Shown here: positions 19,081 through 29,675 of the stretch, piece after piece
How the letters are laid out: each line of letters opens with the position of its first letter
How positions within the stretch are numbered: position 1 is the first letter of the stretch
From: Rhodospirillaceae bacterium
GTDB lineage: Bacteria; Pseudomonadota; Alphaproteobacteria; Thalassobaculales; Thalassobaculaceae
DNA length: 62,193 nt
Assembly: GCA_018699735.1 (NCBI GenBank)
Contig: JABIRP010000348.1
Coordinates: 1 to 62,193, forward strand
Direction: 5' to 3'
The notes under the pieces: generated by a model
Database searches by the model: none
What the model was told of the DNA's origin: nothing
Seen by the model: only the letters and a program-made list of their open reading frames with translations
Program-made: the position numbers and the translations under genes

Positions 19081-21342
19081 CTAGGCCTGGATTGCGTCGT
19101 GCGCTGCAATTGCGGCGGCAATTACCAGATCGTGTACGTTGGCGGTTACCTGAACGATCTGGACCGGCTTCTCGATGCCGATCAACATTGGTCCAATCAC
19201 GGCCGCGCCCGCGAATTGCTGCATCAGCTTGTACGTCACGTTGGCCGCATGCAATGACGGCATGACGAGGACATTGGCTGGGCCTGAGAGGCGACAGAAC
19301 GGGTAATTGCGTGCCATCAGCTCCGGGTCAAGCGCGGTGTCAGCGGACATCTCGCCGTCATACTCGAAATCTGTTTCCCGGCCGTCGAGAACCTCGACCG
19401 CGTCACGAATGCGTACGGCCTTCTCTCGTGGCGGGTTGCCGAAGTTCGAGAACGACAACAACGCTACCCGAGGTTCATGACCCATGGCGCGAGCCGTTGC
19501 GGCGGTTTGGCAGGCGATATCGGCCAACTCTTCTGGGGTTGGTATCTCGTGCACATTGGTATCGCCAACGAAGATCGTGCGCCCACGCATGATCAGCATG
19601 CTTACAGTCATGATCCGATGACCCGGTTTGGGATCGAGCACGCGGGTGACGTATTCATGGCAGACGCCATAGCTCCGGGTCAGCCCGGTGACCAGGGCGT
19701 CGGCGTGCCCGGCAGCGAGCATGCTGGCGCCGAAGACGTTGCGGTCCTGGTTCACCATGCGTTGGCAATCCCGTAGGAGATGGCCACGCCGCTTTAGCCG
19801 ATCATGCAGGGCATCGGCATATTGATCGTTGTGTTCAGAAAGACGCGCGTTGGTGATTTCGAGTTCCTCGCCGGCGACGCCTATGCGCTCCATGGCCGCT
19901 CTAATCCGTCGCTCGCGACCGATTAGGATTGGGTGGCCATAGCCGCCGTTACGGAATTCGAGGGCCGCTCGGATCACCTTTTCCTCCTCACCCTCGGCGA
20001 AGACCACGCGCTTCTGGTCGTTCCGGATACGGTGATAGATGCCCTGCAGGCTGCTGGCGGTGGGATCGAGCCTGGCGCCGAGCTCGGCCTCGTAGGCCTC
20101 GAAATCGGCAATCGGTTTTTGTGCGACGCCAGAGTCCATCGCTGCACGGGCAACCGCGGAGCAGACCTTAACGATTAGGCGCGGATCGAACGGGGCCGGG
20201 ATAATGTAGTCATTGCCATAGGAAAGCTGGCGGCCGTAGGCAGCACCGACCTCATCCGGCACGTCCTCGCGCGCCAGTTCCGCCAGTGCGTGGGCGGCGG
20301 CGATTTTCATCGCGTCGTTGATCTCTCGGGCTCGCACGTCGAGCGCGCCCCGGAAGATATAGGGAAATCCGAGGACGTTGTTGATCTGGTTCGGATAATC
20401 CGACCGACCGGTGGCCACGATCGCATCCGGCCTCGCCTCTCGGGCGTCTTCCGGCGTGATCTCGGGATCAGGATTGGCCATGGCGAAGATGATCGGCTTT
20501 TCCGCCATGGAGATGACCATCTCCTGGCTAATCGCGCCCTTGACTGAAAGGCCGAGCACAATGTCGGCGCCGTCGAGAGCTTCGGCCAAAGTGCGCTTGT
20601 CGGTATTGGCGGCATGCGCCGACTTCCATTGGTTCATGCCATCTTCGCGACCTTCATATATGACCCCGCGCGTATCGCAGAGGATGACGTTGTCGTGCTT
20701 CATGCCCAAGGATTTGACCAGCTCGGAGCAAGCGATCGACGCGGCCCCGGCGCCATTGATCACCATTTTGGCGGTCGCAATGTCGCGCCCGGTCAAATGC
20801 AGTGCGTTGATCAGGCCGGCGGCGGCGATGATCGCGGTGCCATGCTGATCGTCGTGGAAAACCGGGATATCCATGATCTCGCGCAGACGTTGCTCGATAA
20901 TGAAACAGCCCGGCGCCTTGATATCCTCAAGGTTGATGCCGCCGAAGCTCTTGCCGAGAAAGCGCACGCAGTTGATGAATTCATCCACGTCCTTGGTGTC
21001 AACCTCCAGGTCGATACCGTCGACATCGGCGAAACGCTTGAACAGGACAGCCTTGCCCTCCATTACAGGCTTTGCCGCTTGTGCGCCGATATCACCGAGG
21101 CCAAGCACCGCAGTGCCATTGGAGATTACCGCGACGATATTACCTTTTGCGGTGTATTCGTAGGCGAGCGAGGGGTCTTTCTCGATCTCCAGACATGGAA
21201 TGGCGACACCTGGCGAATACGCGAGCGACAAATCACGTTGGGTGTTGAGGGGCTTCGAGGGTGCTATCTCGAATTTCCCAGGTCGACCGCGCGAGTGAAA
21301 TTCCAGGGCATCTTTGAAGTTCTGGTCGTTGGCGTCGTCCAT
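19081..21342 (-). CDS. maeB: NADP-dependent malic enzyme with a C-terminal phosphotransacetylase-like domain
   Basis: 753 aa. N-terminus [39 protein letters not shown](P) site [10 protein letters not shown], and a PTA-like C-terminal half. Confidence 0.93.
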   Translation of the reverse strand: MDDANDQNFKDALEFHSRGRPGKFEIAPSKPLNTQRDLSLAYSPGVAIPCLEIEKDPSLAYEYTAKGNIVAVISNGTAVLGLGDIGAQAAKPVMEGKAVLFKRFADVDGIDLEVDTKDVDEFINCVRFLGKSFGGINLEDIKAPGCFIIEQRLREIMDIPVFHDDQHGTAIIAAAGLINALHLTGRDIATAKMVINGAGAASIACSELVKSLGMKHDNVILCDTRGVIYEGREDGMNQWKSAHAANTDKRTLAEALDGADIVLGLSVKGAISQEMVISMAEKPIIFAMANPDPEITPEDAREARPDAIVATGRSDYPNQINNVLGFPYIFRGALDVRAREINDAMKIAAAHALAELAREDVPDEVGAAYGRQLSYGNDYIIPAPFDPRLIVKVCSAVARAAMDSGVAQKPIADFEAYEAELGARLDPTASSLQGIYHRIRNDQKRVVFAEGEEEKVIRAALEFRNGGYGHPILIGRERRIRAAMERIGVAGEELEITNARLSEHNDQYADALHDRLKRRGHLLRDCQRMVNQDRNVFGASMLAAGHADALVTGLTRSYGVCHEYVTRVLDPKPGHRIMTVSMLIMRGRTIFVGDTNVHEIPTPEELADIACQTAATARAMGHEPRVALLSFSNFGNPPREKAVRIRDAVEVLDGRETDFEYDGEMSADTALDPELMARNYPFCRLSGPANVLVMPSLHAANVTYKLMQQFAGAAVIGPMLIGIEKPVQIVQVTANVHDLVIAAAIAAHDAIQA

Positions 21343-21538
21343 GTGAGTGTCCTTGTTCGGCGGTCGGAATTCACCAACGGGGTCGCTGGGTCCGATCCAA
21401 ATTACTTCAGCTATTTGACACTACCTTAACCGTACTTTTTACAACGCGGTAGCAGGTCGAACTCTTGGCGCGACCGCGATACGGTGATCGAGGGCGGCGG
21501 GAAATAATTCGCAGGCTCTTGAATAGCGCCACCGGAGC

Positions 21539-24301
21539 GTGGATTCGGTTTGGCACGGCATGCTACAAGTGCGTCAAATATCGTCCCCACCAGCAACTAC
21601 ACGGCGCCCAGTGTCCGCACCTCCTAAACCCACCCCTCCCTCGCAAAATGCCGAAGCCGGGCTGACGCCGATGTTGGCGCAGTATTTCGAGGTCAAAAAG
21701 GATCACGCTGACGCCTTGCTGTTCTATCGCATGGGCGATTTCTACGAGATGTTCTTCGAGGATGCGGTGACGGCGGCGGGTGCCCTCGATATCACGCTAA
21801 CCAAGCGCGGCCGGCACGCAGGTGATGATATTCCGATGTGCGGGGTGCCGTTTCATGCAGCCGAGTCCTATCTCTCCCGCCTCATTCGACAGGGCCACCG
21901 TGTCGCTATCTGTGAGCAGACGGAGGATCCGGCGGAAGCCAAGAAGCGCGGCTCAAAGTCGGTGGTTCGCCGCGAGGTGGTCCGGGTAATCACGCCCGGA
22001 ACGATCACTGAGGAGGCCCTGCTTGAGGCCCGCAGCCACAACTATTTGGCCGCCCTCGCCGACGCACAAGGTCAGTTCGGGTTCGCCTGGGTCGATGTGT
22101 CGACCGGCGATTTCCAGCTTCAGCCGGTCGAGATCGAACGTTTTGGTGCGGCACTAGCGCGCGTGGCGCCAAGCGAAATCCTGATCCCGGACCGACTGCT
22201 GGCGCGTCCGGACCTGAGTGCAGTGTTGGAGGATTGGGATGATGCGATTGTCCCGCAACCCTCCAGCCGCTTCGACAGCGAAAACGGGCGACGGCGGTTG
22301 GAGACGATGTTCGGGGTTGGCACGCTCGAAGGGTTTGGCGGCTTTGGGCGTGGCGAAATGGCGGCTGCCGGGGCTCTGGTCGATTATCTGGATCTAACGC
22401 AAAAAGGTCGAATTCCGCGTCTCTCCAGCCCCAGACGCTGGCGCGAGGGCGGTTCGGTCGAGATTGACCCCGCCACCCGGCGAAACCTGGAACTGACCCG
22501 CACGCTTTCAGGTGAGCGGCGCGGCAGTGTGCTCAGCGTTATCGACCGCACCCTCACCGGTGCCGGTGCCCGGCTCTTGGGGGCTTGGCTCGGCGCACCC
22601 TTGACCGATCCGGCGGCGATTGACGGGCGCCTCGACACAGTCACGCATTTTGTCAACCACGAGCGCTTGCGAGAGGACGCGCGCGTGGTCCTGCGCCGGG
22701 TCCCGGATCTCGAACGCGGGCTGTCAAGACTGGCGCTCGATCGGGGCGGGCCTCGTGACCTTGCGGGTATTCGCGATGGGCTTGGAGAGATCGGCGCGCT
22801 TAGGGACATGCTCGCGCGTGGAGACGACACTCTGGGCGGGCTTCCGACGGGTGTTACGGCCATCGATGCGGATCTCGGCTATCACGCTAATCTCGTCGAC
22901 ACTTTGTCCCAGGCACTGGCTGCTGACCCGCCACTCTTGGCCCGAGATGGCGGCTTGGTGGCGCCCGGTTATGCGCCGGAACTTGACCGATTGCGCGGGT
23001 TGCGGGACGAGAGCCGTCGCCTGATTGCGACGTTGCAAGGCCGTTACGCTGACGAAACGGGCATCCCGACCCTTAAAATCAAGCACAACAACGTTCTCGG
23101 CTATTTCATCGAGGTCACGGCCACGCATGCCGACAAGATGCTGGGCCAGGACAATTTCATACACCGCCAGACGATGGCCAATGCCGGGCGCTTTACCACG
23201 GTTGAGCTCGGCGAGTTGGAGCGCGACCTGTCGCAGGCTGCCGACAAGGCCTTGGCGGTAGAGCAACAGATTTTCAGCGACCTGGTGGCTGAGGTAACCA
23301 GCCGGGCGCAGGATATCGGCCTCGCGGCCTCGGCATTCGCCAGGCTTGACGTGGCAACCGGTTTGGCGGAACTGGCGATCGAGCGGCGTTATTGCCGGCC
23401 CACAGTCGACGACAGCCTCGAATTCGAGATCAGTGCCGGCCGTCATCCGGTCGTCGAAGCGCTGGGTGCGGCGGCGTTAGGGGACGGAGGCTTTGTCGCT
23501 AACGATTGCAGTCTGGCCCCGCAAGACAGGCTCTGGCTCGTCACCGGGCCGAACATGGCAGGTAAGAGTACGTTTCTGCGCCAGAACGCCTTGATAACGC
23601 TGCTGGCCCAGATGGGCTCTTACGTGCCGGCTGAAAGTGCGCGTCTCGGAGTGGTTGATCGGTTGTTCAGCCGGGTGGGTGCGGCCGATGATCTGGCGCG
23701 CGGGCGATCGACTTTCATGGTCGAAATGGTCGAGGCGGCGGCCATCCTGAACCAGGCGAGTGAGCGGTCTTTGGTGATTTTGGATGAGATCGGCCGAGGC
23801 ACTGCCACTTTCGACGGTCTGTCGATCGCCTGGGCAACGGTCGAAAACCTTCATGAGGTCAACCGTTGTCGGGCCTTGTTTGCGACGCATTATCACGAAC
23901 TGACGGCACTTACCGGCCGGCTGGATGCACTGAGTTGTCATACCATGCGGATCAAGGAATGGCGTGACGAGGTGGTCTTTCTGCACGAGGTGGGCCCTGG
24001 TGCGGCCGATCGTTCCTACGGTATTCACGTCGCCAAACTGGCCGGATTGCCGCCCGCTGTCATCGCGCGCGCCGAAGAGGTTCTGGCGCAACTGGAAAAA
24101 GGCGACCAAGCCGGCGCCGTCGCCCGCTTGGCCGATGATTTGCCGCTCTTCCAGGCAATCGTGGATAATTCGCAACGGCCGGCCGGCACCTCCGGCCCTT
24201 CGGCGGCGGAGAGCCGCCTGGCCGAGATCAATCCCGACGAACTCACTCCCCGAGAAGCACTCGAGGTTCTCTACGAGTTGCGGCGGTTGGTGGAGGACTA
24301 G
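21539..24301 (+). CDS. mutS: DNA mismatch repair protein MutS
   Basis: [34 protein letters not shown] (MutS domain I) and Walker [10 protein letters not shown]. Start uncertain: GTG 21539 or ATG 21560. It must lie upstream of the conserved TPM at 21665. Confidence 0.95.
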   Translation: MDSVWHGMLQVRQISSPPATTRRPVSAPPKPTPPSQNAEAGLTPMLAQYFEVKKDHADALLFYRMGDFYEMFFEDAVTAAGALDITLTKRGRHAGDDIPMCGVPFHAAESYLSRLIRQGHRVAICEQTEDPAEAKKRGSKSVVRREVVRVITPGTITEEALLEARSHNYLAALADAQGQFGFAWVDVSTGDFQLQPVEIERFGAALARVAPSEILIPDRLLARPDLSAVLEDWDDAIVPQPSSRFDSENGRRRLETMFGVGTLEGFGGFGRGEMAAAGALVDYLDLTQKGRIPRLSSPRRWREGGSVEIDPATRRNLELTRTLSGERRGSVLSVIDRTLTGAGARLLGAWLGAPLTDPAAIDGRLDTVTHFVNHERLREDARVVLRRVPDLERGLSRLALDRGGPRDLAGIRDGLGEIGALRDMLARGDDTLGGLPTGVTAIDADLGYHANLVDTLSQALAADPPLLARDGGLVAPGYAPELDRLRGLRDESRRLIATLQGRYADETGIPTLKIKHNNVLGYFIEVTATHADKMLGQDNFIHRQTMANAGRFTTVELGELERDLSQAADKALAVEQQIFSDLVAEVTSRAQDIGLAASAFARLDVATGLAELAIERRYCRPTVDDSLEFEISAGRHPVVEALGAAALGDGGFVANDCSLAPQDRLWLVTGPNMAGKSTFLRQNALITLLAQMGSYVPAESARLGVVDRLFSRVGAADDLARGRSTFMVEMVEAAAILNQASERSLVILDEIGRGTATFDGLSIAWATVENLHEVNRCRALFATHYHELTALTGRLDALSCHTMRIKEWRDEVVFLHEVGPGAADRSYGIHVAKLAGLPPAVIARAEEVLAQLEKGDQAGAVARLADDLPLFQAIVDNSQRPAGTSGPSAAESRLAEINPDELTPREALEVLYELRRLVED

Positions 24302-24336
24302 GGGCTGCTTTTGAGATAGGGGCTGCTTTTGAGATA
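24299..24336. repeat. Perfect 18-bp tandem duplication that includes the mutS stop codon
   Basis: taggggctgcttttgaga (24299-24316) is repeated exactly at 24317-24334, followed by a partial ta. Confidence 0.95.
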
Positions 24337-24357
24337 CGTCTCCTTCTTTAGTTCCTC

Positions 24358-24461
24358 TCGTCATCCTGAGGTGGGAGCGGAGCGACCCTCGAAGGACGCA
24401 GGCCGCCCGCGATTTGCGTCCTTCGAGGCTCGGCCTTTGGCCGCGCACCTCAGGATGACGA
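24358..24461. repeat. About 104-bp nested-palindrome intergenic element (REP/MITE-like)
   Basis: Outer arms tcgtcatcctgaggtg (24358-24373) and cacctcaggatgacga (24446-24461) are perfect reverse complements. Inner arms cctcgaaggacgca (24387-24400) and tgcgtccttcgagg (24415-24428) are also perfect. Confidence 0.85.
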
Positions 24462-24482
24462 ATAAATGGAAGCGTATGGCGC

Positions 24483-25169
24483 TCACTCCGACGCCAGATA
24501 GTCCCGCCGCGAGTTTTCATTGTAGACAAAGAAATCCCGGACCGTTTTTCCGGGCTCTTGGGCAAAGCGTTCGTCCAGAACCTCGGCGCTGACGATGCGA
24601 TCGGCCCGGAAGGTGCAGAAGGCAGCCCGCATCTCGCACCAACCCGAGAGCAGCCAGACCGGGCCGAAATACGATAGCGCCAAGGGACGGATCACCCGAT
24701 CGCTTACGCTCGCCTCGGCATCCCGGTAAGCGAGTTTGATCTTGAGCCGGTCTCGCAAGGCGCGCCGGATCTGGGCCAGATCGACCTCGATCGGCTCGAC
24801 ATACGACCATGGCGGCGCGAACAAGGAGGTTCCGGCCATGAACTCGCCAAGTTCCCGAGGCAGCACCGCTTCAACCTTGGTGATGGCATTGGCCGCCGCA
24901 TCCGCCAATCCCTGATCGGACCAGGTCTCAACGATGCGCGCGCCAAGGATCAACGCCTCCAGCTCTTCGAGGTTAAACATCAACGGCGGCAGGTCGTAGC
25001 CATCGCGCAGCATATAGCCGACCCCGGCCTCGCCCTCGATCGGCACACCGCTCGCCATCAAGTCTCGGATATCACGGTAGATGGTGCGCTCGGAGACCTC
25101 CAGGTCCTCGGCCAGATCACGCGCCCGCATCAGGCGCTTTCGGCGGAGCTGCTGGATGATGTCGAACAA
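24483..25169 (-). CDS. YafY-family transcriptional regulator (HTH plus WYL domain); the 5' end may be frameshifted
   Basis: DLAEDLEVSERTIYRDIRDLMASGVPIEGEAGVGYML HTH region with a WYL-type C-terminal half. The track start at 25169 is TTG. An SD-preceded ATG at 25189 encodes MRRADR in a different frame (see findings). Confidence 0.75.
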   Translation of the reverse strand: MFDIIQQLRRKRLMRARDLAEDLEVSERTIYRDIRDLMASGVPIEGEAGVGYMLRDGYDLPPLMFNLEELEALILGARIVETWSDQGLADAAANAITKVEAVLPRELGEFMAGTSLFAPPWSYVEPIEVDLAQIRRALRDRLKIKLAYRDAEASVSDRVIRPLALSYFGPVWLLSGWCEMRAAFCTFRADRIVSAEVLDERFAQEPGKTVRDFFVYNENSRRDYLASE

Positions 25170-25222
25170 AATCGGTCGGCTCGTCGCATGGGCTTCTCCT
25201 GGGTGTGGACCCTAACCGACCT

Positions 25223-25246
25223 CTCCTGACGCCATGCTGTCAGGAG
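25223..25246. promoter_or_regulatory. Perfect inverted repeat CTCCTGAC-N8-GTCAGGAG upstream of the YafY-like gene (candidate operator)
   Basis: ctcctgac (25223-25230), gccatgct, gtcaggag (25239-25246). Lies 34-57 nt upstream of ATG 25189. The function is a guess. Confidence 0.3.
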
Positions 25247-25445
25247 GGATCAGGCATTCTTCTCCGCATGGGACCGTATTACGATTGTAACACCCGTTTC
25301 GCCGTAGCGAACGCGCGCCGTGACGGATCACCGAACGCCATTTCACCAAGACAGCCGGTACCGTTCCGCCTTCGAATTCTACCGGCACCGGTCGAACGAT
25401 CTGTTTGGCGCTTTAGACCGGGTGTGCTCTTCACGATTCCCTGGC

Positions 25446-26624
25446 TCAAACGATGTTTCGCTCCATGAGCGGCCGACCTTCGGCAATGCGCTCATAGCCG
25501 AAACGCGCCAGATCGATGGCCCGGAAGCCGTCATGGGCAATCAATTCCATCACCGCCCGGCCCACGGCTGGCGACTGTTGCAGGCCGTGACCGCTAAAAC
25601 CGTTGGCGAAGATCAGGTTCTCGACCTCGGGATGGCGTCCGACGATGCCATTTTGATCAAACGTATTGTAGTCGTAATGCCCGGCCCAGGCGCGGGTCTG
25701 TTTCACCGCTTCGAAAGCTGGAACCCGGTGCGCGATGGTTGGCCAGACGATGTCTTCGAACCAGTTGTAATCAATTTCCAGGTCATCGCTGATCGGATCC
25801 TGGTCCTCCGGCGGTGAGATGCCGCAAAGGTATTGACTGCCCTCGGGTCGGAAAAAGGCACCATTGCTGTTAATGGTCAACGGCGGGCGCGGTGTGAGTT
25901 GCTCGCGGCAATCGATAACGTAGATGATCCGCTTGCGCGGCTCGACCGGCAGCGTGAGGCCAGCCAAGGCCGTGAGCCGGCCGGCCTGGGCGCCGGCAGC
26001 ATTGACCAGCGTGCCGCAGGCGATCTGCCGGCCGTCGTCGAGCCCGACCGAGGTGACGCGCGAGCCTTTAACGTCTATTCCGGTCACAGTGGCGGCCTCA
26101 TAGACCACACCGAGGGACCTCGCTTTGCGCTTGAAGGCCTGCATGAGTGCGTTCGGGTCAAGCCAGCCTTCGCCGGAGTTTGTGTGCGACGCGAGCGCTA
26201 CGCCATCAACATTCATCCATGGGAAGCGCCGGGCCAACTCGTCCGGCCCGATCAGCCCGATGTCCGCGCCGCAGCGGGCTTGTTCATCGTGATTCTCGCG
26301 CAGTATTGCGGCACCTTCCTCGCTGGCAAGAAACAAATACCCGCCCTGGATATAACCCAAGTCCGGTGCCTCACCATCAACCGTCAGGTAATCTGCCACA
26401 TTGCTGGCAAAGTGGTGACCGTAGAGGCCGATCAAGATATTCTCGGCGTTGGAAAACTGCTGGCGCACGCCGCCAAGCGATCGGGGTGTCGAGGCACGCT
26501 CGTATGTTGGATCGCGCTCGACCACGGTTACGGTTCCGTCAAAATCCGGTGAGGATGCGAGGAAGTAGGCACTGGCCCCGCCTATTACGCCGCCGCCCGC
26601 GATTACAACATCCCGATGATCCAT
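25446..26624 (-). CDS. FAD-dependent oxidoreductase (DAO family)
   Basis: 392 aa. N-terminal DVVIAGGGVIGGASAYFLA Rossmann motif, with overall resemblance to sarcosine-oxidase-beta / D-amino-acid-dehydrogenase-type proteins. Substrate unknown. Confidence 0.75.
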   Translation of the reverse strand: MDHRDVVIAGGGVIGGASAYFLASSPDFDGTVTVVERDPTYERASTPRSLGGVRQQFSNAENILIGLYGHHFASNVADYLTVDGEAPDLGYIQGGYLFLASEEGAAILRENHDEQARCGADIGLIGPDELARRFPWMNVDGVALASHTNSGEGWLDPNALMQAFKRKARSLGVVYEAATVTGIDVKGSRVTSVGLDDGRQIACGTLVNAAGAQAGRLTALAGLTLPVEPRKRIIYVIDCREQLTPRPPLTINSNGAFFRPEGSQYLCGISPPEDQDPISDDLEIDYNWFEDIVWPTIAHRVPAFEAVKQTRAWAGHYDYNTFDQNGIVGRHPEVENLIFANGFSGHGLQQSPAVGRAVMELIAHDGFRAIDLARFGYERIAEGRPLMERNIV

Positions 26625-26733
26625 TCAGCCCTCCTGATTTTGGCCGCCAAACTCGCATATCATCGCGAGCCTCCGGCAATTCACGCCCGCTGGCAAGCCG
26701 AGAAACTGGTCTCCAGAGCCTCTGTCGCCTATC

Positions 26734-29586
26734 TTGAGCCTTGATGGAGTTTGGGAGGGTTTTGTGGCGGCGGTTGAGCAAGACGATGTAAGTCCGGGGT
26801 TGGACGGCTTGGTGGCAAGCGATCGCAAGGTGCGAAATCGCAAGGGTATCCTTGATCCGGCTGTCTTGGATGCTGCGATTCTATCCTGTTGGAACGATAC
26901 CGAAACGATTGAAGCATTCCGATCTCGCCTGTTGCAGATTCTGAAAGACTCCATGGCGGCCGGGCGCAGCGAGGTCGAGCGGCGTTTCCTGGAGACCAAC
27001 GACGGTGCCGGCGCGGTTCGGGCGAACGCCTACATGATGGACCGAATTATCCAAGCGATCTGCCAGGTTGCGACCGAGCGTGTGTATCGGGTCCATAACC
27101 CGACCCAAGGCGAGTTGCTGGCTGTGGTTGCGGTCGGCGGATACGGCCGAGGGGAGTTGGCGCCATTCTCGGACATCGATCTGATGTTCGTGTTGCCCTA
27201 CAAGATGACCCCGCATGTCGAGCAGGTGGTGGAGTTCGTGCTTTACCTGCTCTGGGATCTTGGGCTCAAGGTCGGTCATTCGACCCGCTCGGTCGAGGAA
27301 TGTATCCGCCAATCCCAAGCCGATATGACGATCCGCACAGCCTTGTTGGAAGCGCGCTATCTCTGGGGTGAGATGCCGTTGTTCACGGAATTTCGCGATC
27401 GCTTTGCCAAGGAAATCGTCGATGGCTCAGCGCTTGAATTTGTCGAAGCCAAACTTGCCGAGGCTGATGAGCGGCATAAACGCTTGGGTGATTCTCGTTA
27501 CGTTACCGAACCAAATATCAAAGACGGCAAAGGCGGCCTGCGCGATCTACATCGGCTGTTTTGGATCGGCAAATATGTCTATCAGGTCGAAAAAGTCTCA
27601 GCCTTGGTCGAGCGGCAGGTGCTGACGCTGTCGGAAGCCCGACGGTTCGCGAAAGCCCAAAAGCAGCTTTGGACCATCCGTTGTCATCTGCATTACTTGA
27701 GTGCGCGGGCGGAAGAGCGATTGACCGTTGACGTGCAGAGCGAGATTGCCCGGCGCATGGGCTATACCGATCATGCCGGCAGTGTCGCCGTCGAGCGCTT
27801 CATGAAGCACTATTTCTTGATCGCCAAGGACGTCGGCGATCTGACCCGTATATTCTGCGCCGCGATTGAGGCCGAGCACCAGCGCCGGCCGCGGCTGCGT
27901 ATTCCGAGGTTGTTGTCCCGCAAGCGCGATACCGGCGACTTTACGATTGACCGCGATCGCTTGAACGTCAAATCCGACGATGTGTTTGAGCACGACCCAG
28001 TGAACCTGATCCGCTTGTTCCATTTTGCCCAAAAATACGATCTTGAGTTCCATCCCCGCGCCTTGCGTCTGGTAACGCAGAACTTGAAGCGAATTGACGC
28101 TAAACTGCGCCGTGACGAGGAAGCCAACCGGTTGTTCATGGAGATCCTGACAGCGCCGAACGGCCCGGAACGTATTCTGAGACGAATGAATGAGGCCCAG
28201 GTCTTCGGCAGGTTCGTACCGGATTTCGGCCGCGTCGTGGCGCAGATGCAATACGACATGTACCACGTCTATACCGTCGATGAGCACACCATCATCATGC
28301 TCGGTATCCTGCATCAGATCGAGCAAGGTGAACTGGCCGAGGTGGCACCGATCGCCACCGATGTGGTGCACAAGGTGCTCTCCCGCCGGGAGCTCTACGT
28401 AGCGGTTCTGCTGCATGACATCGCCAAGGGACGGGGCGGTGACCACTCCAAACTCGGCGAAAAGGTCGCCCGTCGGATCTGCCCCAGACTGGGTATGACA
28501 GCGGAGGAGACCGAAACCGTCGCTTGGTTGGTACGCTGGCATCTGCTGATGAGCTACGCAGCTTTCAAGCGCGACGTGAACGACCCGCAGACCATCACCG
28601 ATTTTACCGATATCGTTCAATCTCCAGAACGATTGCGGCTGCTGCTCTGCTTGACCGTCGCCGACATTCGCGCGGTCGGTCCGAACGTCTGGAACGGCTG
28701 GAAAGCCGCCTTGCTGCGTGAGCTGTATTATCGGGCCGAGGAAGTGCTTTCTGGGGAAACCATTGAGGATGGGGTCCGCACCCGCAGCTCGGCCGCGCGT
28801 GATGCCCTGCGTGAGCACTTGTCGGATTGGACGGATGCGGATTTCGATGACCATGTCGCGCGAGGTCATTCGGCCTATTGGCTCGCCTTCGACGTGGAGA
28901 CCCACACTCGGCAGGCCAACATAATCCGAACCGCCGAGCAGGCAGAGGCACCGTTGGCGGTCGACATGCGGGTCGACGAATGGCGCGAGGTGACCGAGGT
29001 CACAGTCTATGCGGCTGACCATCCGGGGCTTTTCTGGCGCATCGCAGGGGCCATGGCAGCGTCCGGCGCCGGCATCGTGGATGCGCGTATTTTCACCATG
29101 CGCAACGGCATGGCGCTTGATGTGTTCTGGATCCAGGACCTCGAAGAGCGGGGCGCCATAACCGAACGTCGCCGACTTGACCGGCTGACCCGCATGATCG
29201 AGCGGGGTTTGAAGGGCGAGGTCGATTTGCGGGCCGAAATTGCCCGACGCGAAGCCAGTTTGCCGAAGCGGATGCGGGGCATGAAAGTGCCGCCGCGGGT
29301 CCTGATCGACAACAAGGCCAGCGTCACCCACACCGTGGTCGAGGTGAACGCCACCGACCGTCCGGGCGTGCTCTACCGCATCACCCGCGCCTTGGCGACG
29401 GTCAACGTGCAGATCCAGACAGCTAAGATCTCGACCTATGGTGAGAGCTTTGTCGACGTGTTCTATGTCAAAGATCTGTTCGGTTTGAAGATCGAATCCG
29501 AACGAAAACTGGATGAAATCCGCAAAACCCTGATGGCGGCGCTTAAGCCGGAAAAGGCTAAGAAAAAAGCGGAGACTGTTGTCTAA
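26734..29586 (+). CDS. glnD: Bifunctional [protein-PII] uridylyltransferase/uridylyl-removing enzyme GlnD
   Basis: 950 aa. Nucleotidyltransferase GGYGRGELAPFSDIDL, HD domain LLHDIAKGRGGDHS, and two C-terminal ACT-like regions. TTG start at 26734; start uncertain. Confidence 0.93.
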   Translation: MSLDGVWEGFVAAVEQDDVSPGLDGLVASDRKVRNRKGILDPAVLDAAILSCWNDTETIEAFRSRLLQILKDSMAAGRSEVERRFLETNDGAGAVRANAYMMDRIIQAICQVATERVYRVHNPTQGELLAVVAVGGYGRGELAPFSDIDLMFVLPYKMTPHVEQVVEFVLYLLWDLGLKVGHSTRSVEECIRQSQADMTIRTALLEARYLWGEMPLFTEFRDRFAKEIVDGSALEFVEAKLAEADERHKRLGDSRYVTEPNIKDGKGGLRDLHRLFWIGKYVYQVEKVSALVERQVLTLSEARRFAKAQKQLWTIRCHLHYLSARAEERLTVDVQSEIARRMGYTDHAGSVAVERFMKHYFLIAKDVGDLTRIFCAAIEAEHQRRPRLRIPRLLSRKRDTGDFTIDRDRLNVKSDDVFEHDPVNLIRLFHFAQKYDLEFHPRALRLVTQNLKRIDAKLRRDEEANRLFMEILTAPNGPERILRRMNEAQVFGRFVPDFGRVVAQMQYDMYHVYTVDEHTIIMLGILHQIEQGELAEVAPIATDVVHKVLSRRELYVAVLLHDIAKGRGGDHSKLGEKVARRICPRLGMTAEETETVAWLVRWHLLMSYAAFKRDVNDPQTITDFTDIVQSPERLRLLLCLTVADIRAVGPNVWNGWKAALLRELYYRAEEVLSGETIEDGVRTRSSAARDALREHLSDWTDADFDDHVARGHSAYWLAFDVETHTRQANIIRTAEQAEAPLAVDMRVDEWREVTEVTVYAADHPGLFWRIAGAMAASGAGIVDARIFTMRNGMALDVFWIQDLEERGAITERRRLDRLTRMIERGLKGEVDLRAEIARREASLPKRMRGMKVPPRVLIDNKASVTHTVVEVNATDRPGVLYRITRALATVNVQIQTAKISTYGESFVDVFYVKDLFGLKIESERKLDEIRKTLMAALKPEKAKKKAETVV

Positions 29587-29675
29587 GCGCATCCGCCCGC
29601 CGTTACCATGCCTTGAAACCGCCGCCATTCAAAGGTAGAGCGGACCTCTCGTCGCTGGCTGCCTGGAACCCATAG

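Noticed and set aside
23477-24565. 362-aa minus-strand ORF opposite the mutS 3' half, running through the palindromic element
   Set aside because: It is antisense to mutS, its C-terminal part translates the REP-like palindrome, and it has no motifs.
27598-29628. 676-aa ORF on the minus strand covering most of glnD
   Set aside because: It is antisense to a strongly supported glnD. Its Arg/Gly/His/Asp-rich, motif-free translation is typical of stop-poor antisense frames in high-GC DNA, and I recognise no domain in it.
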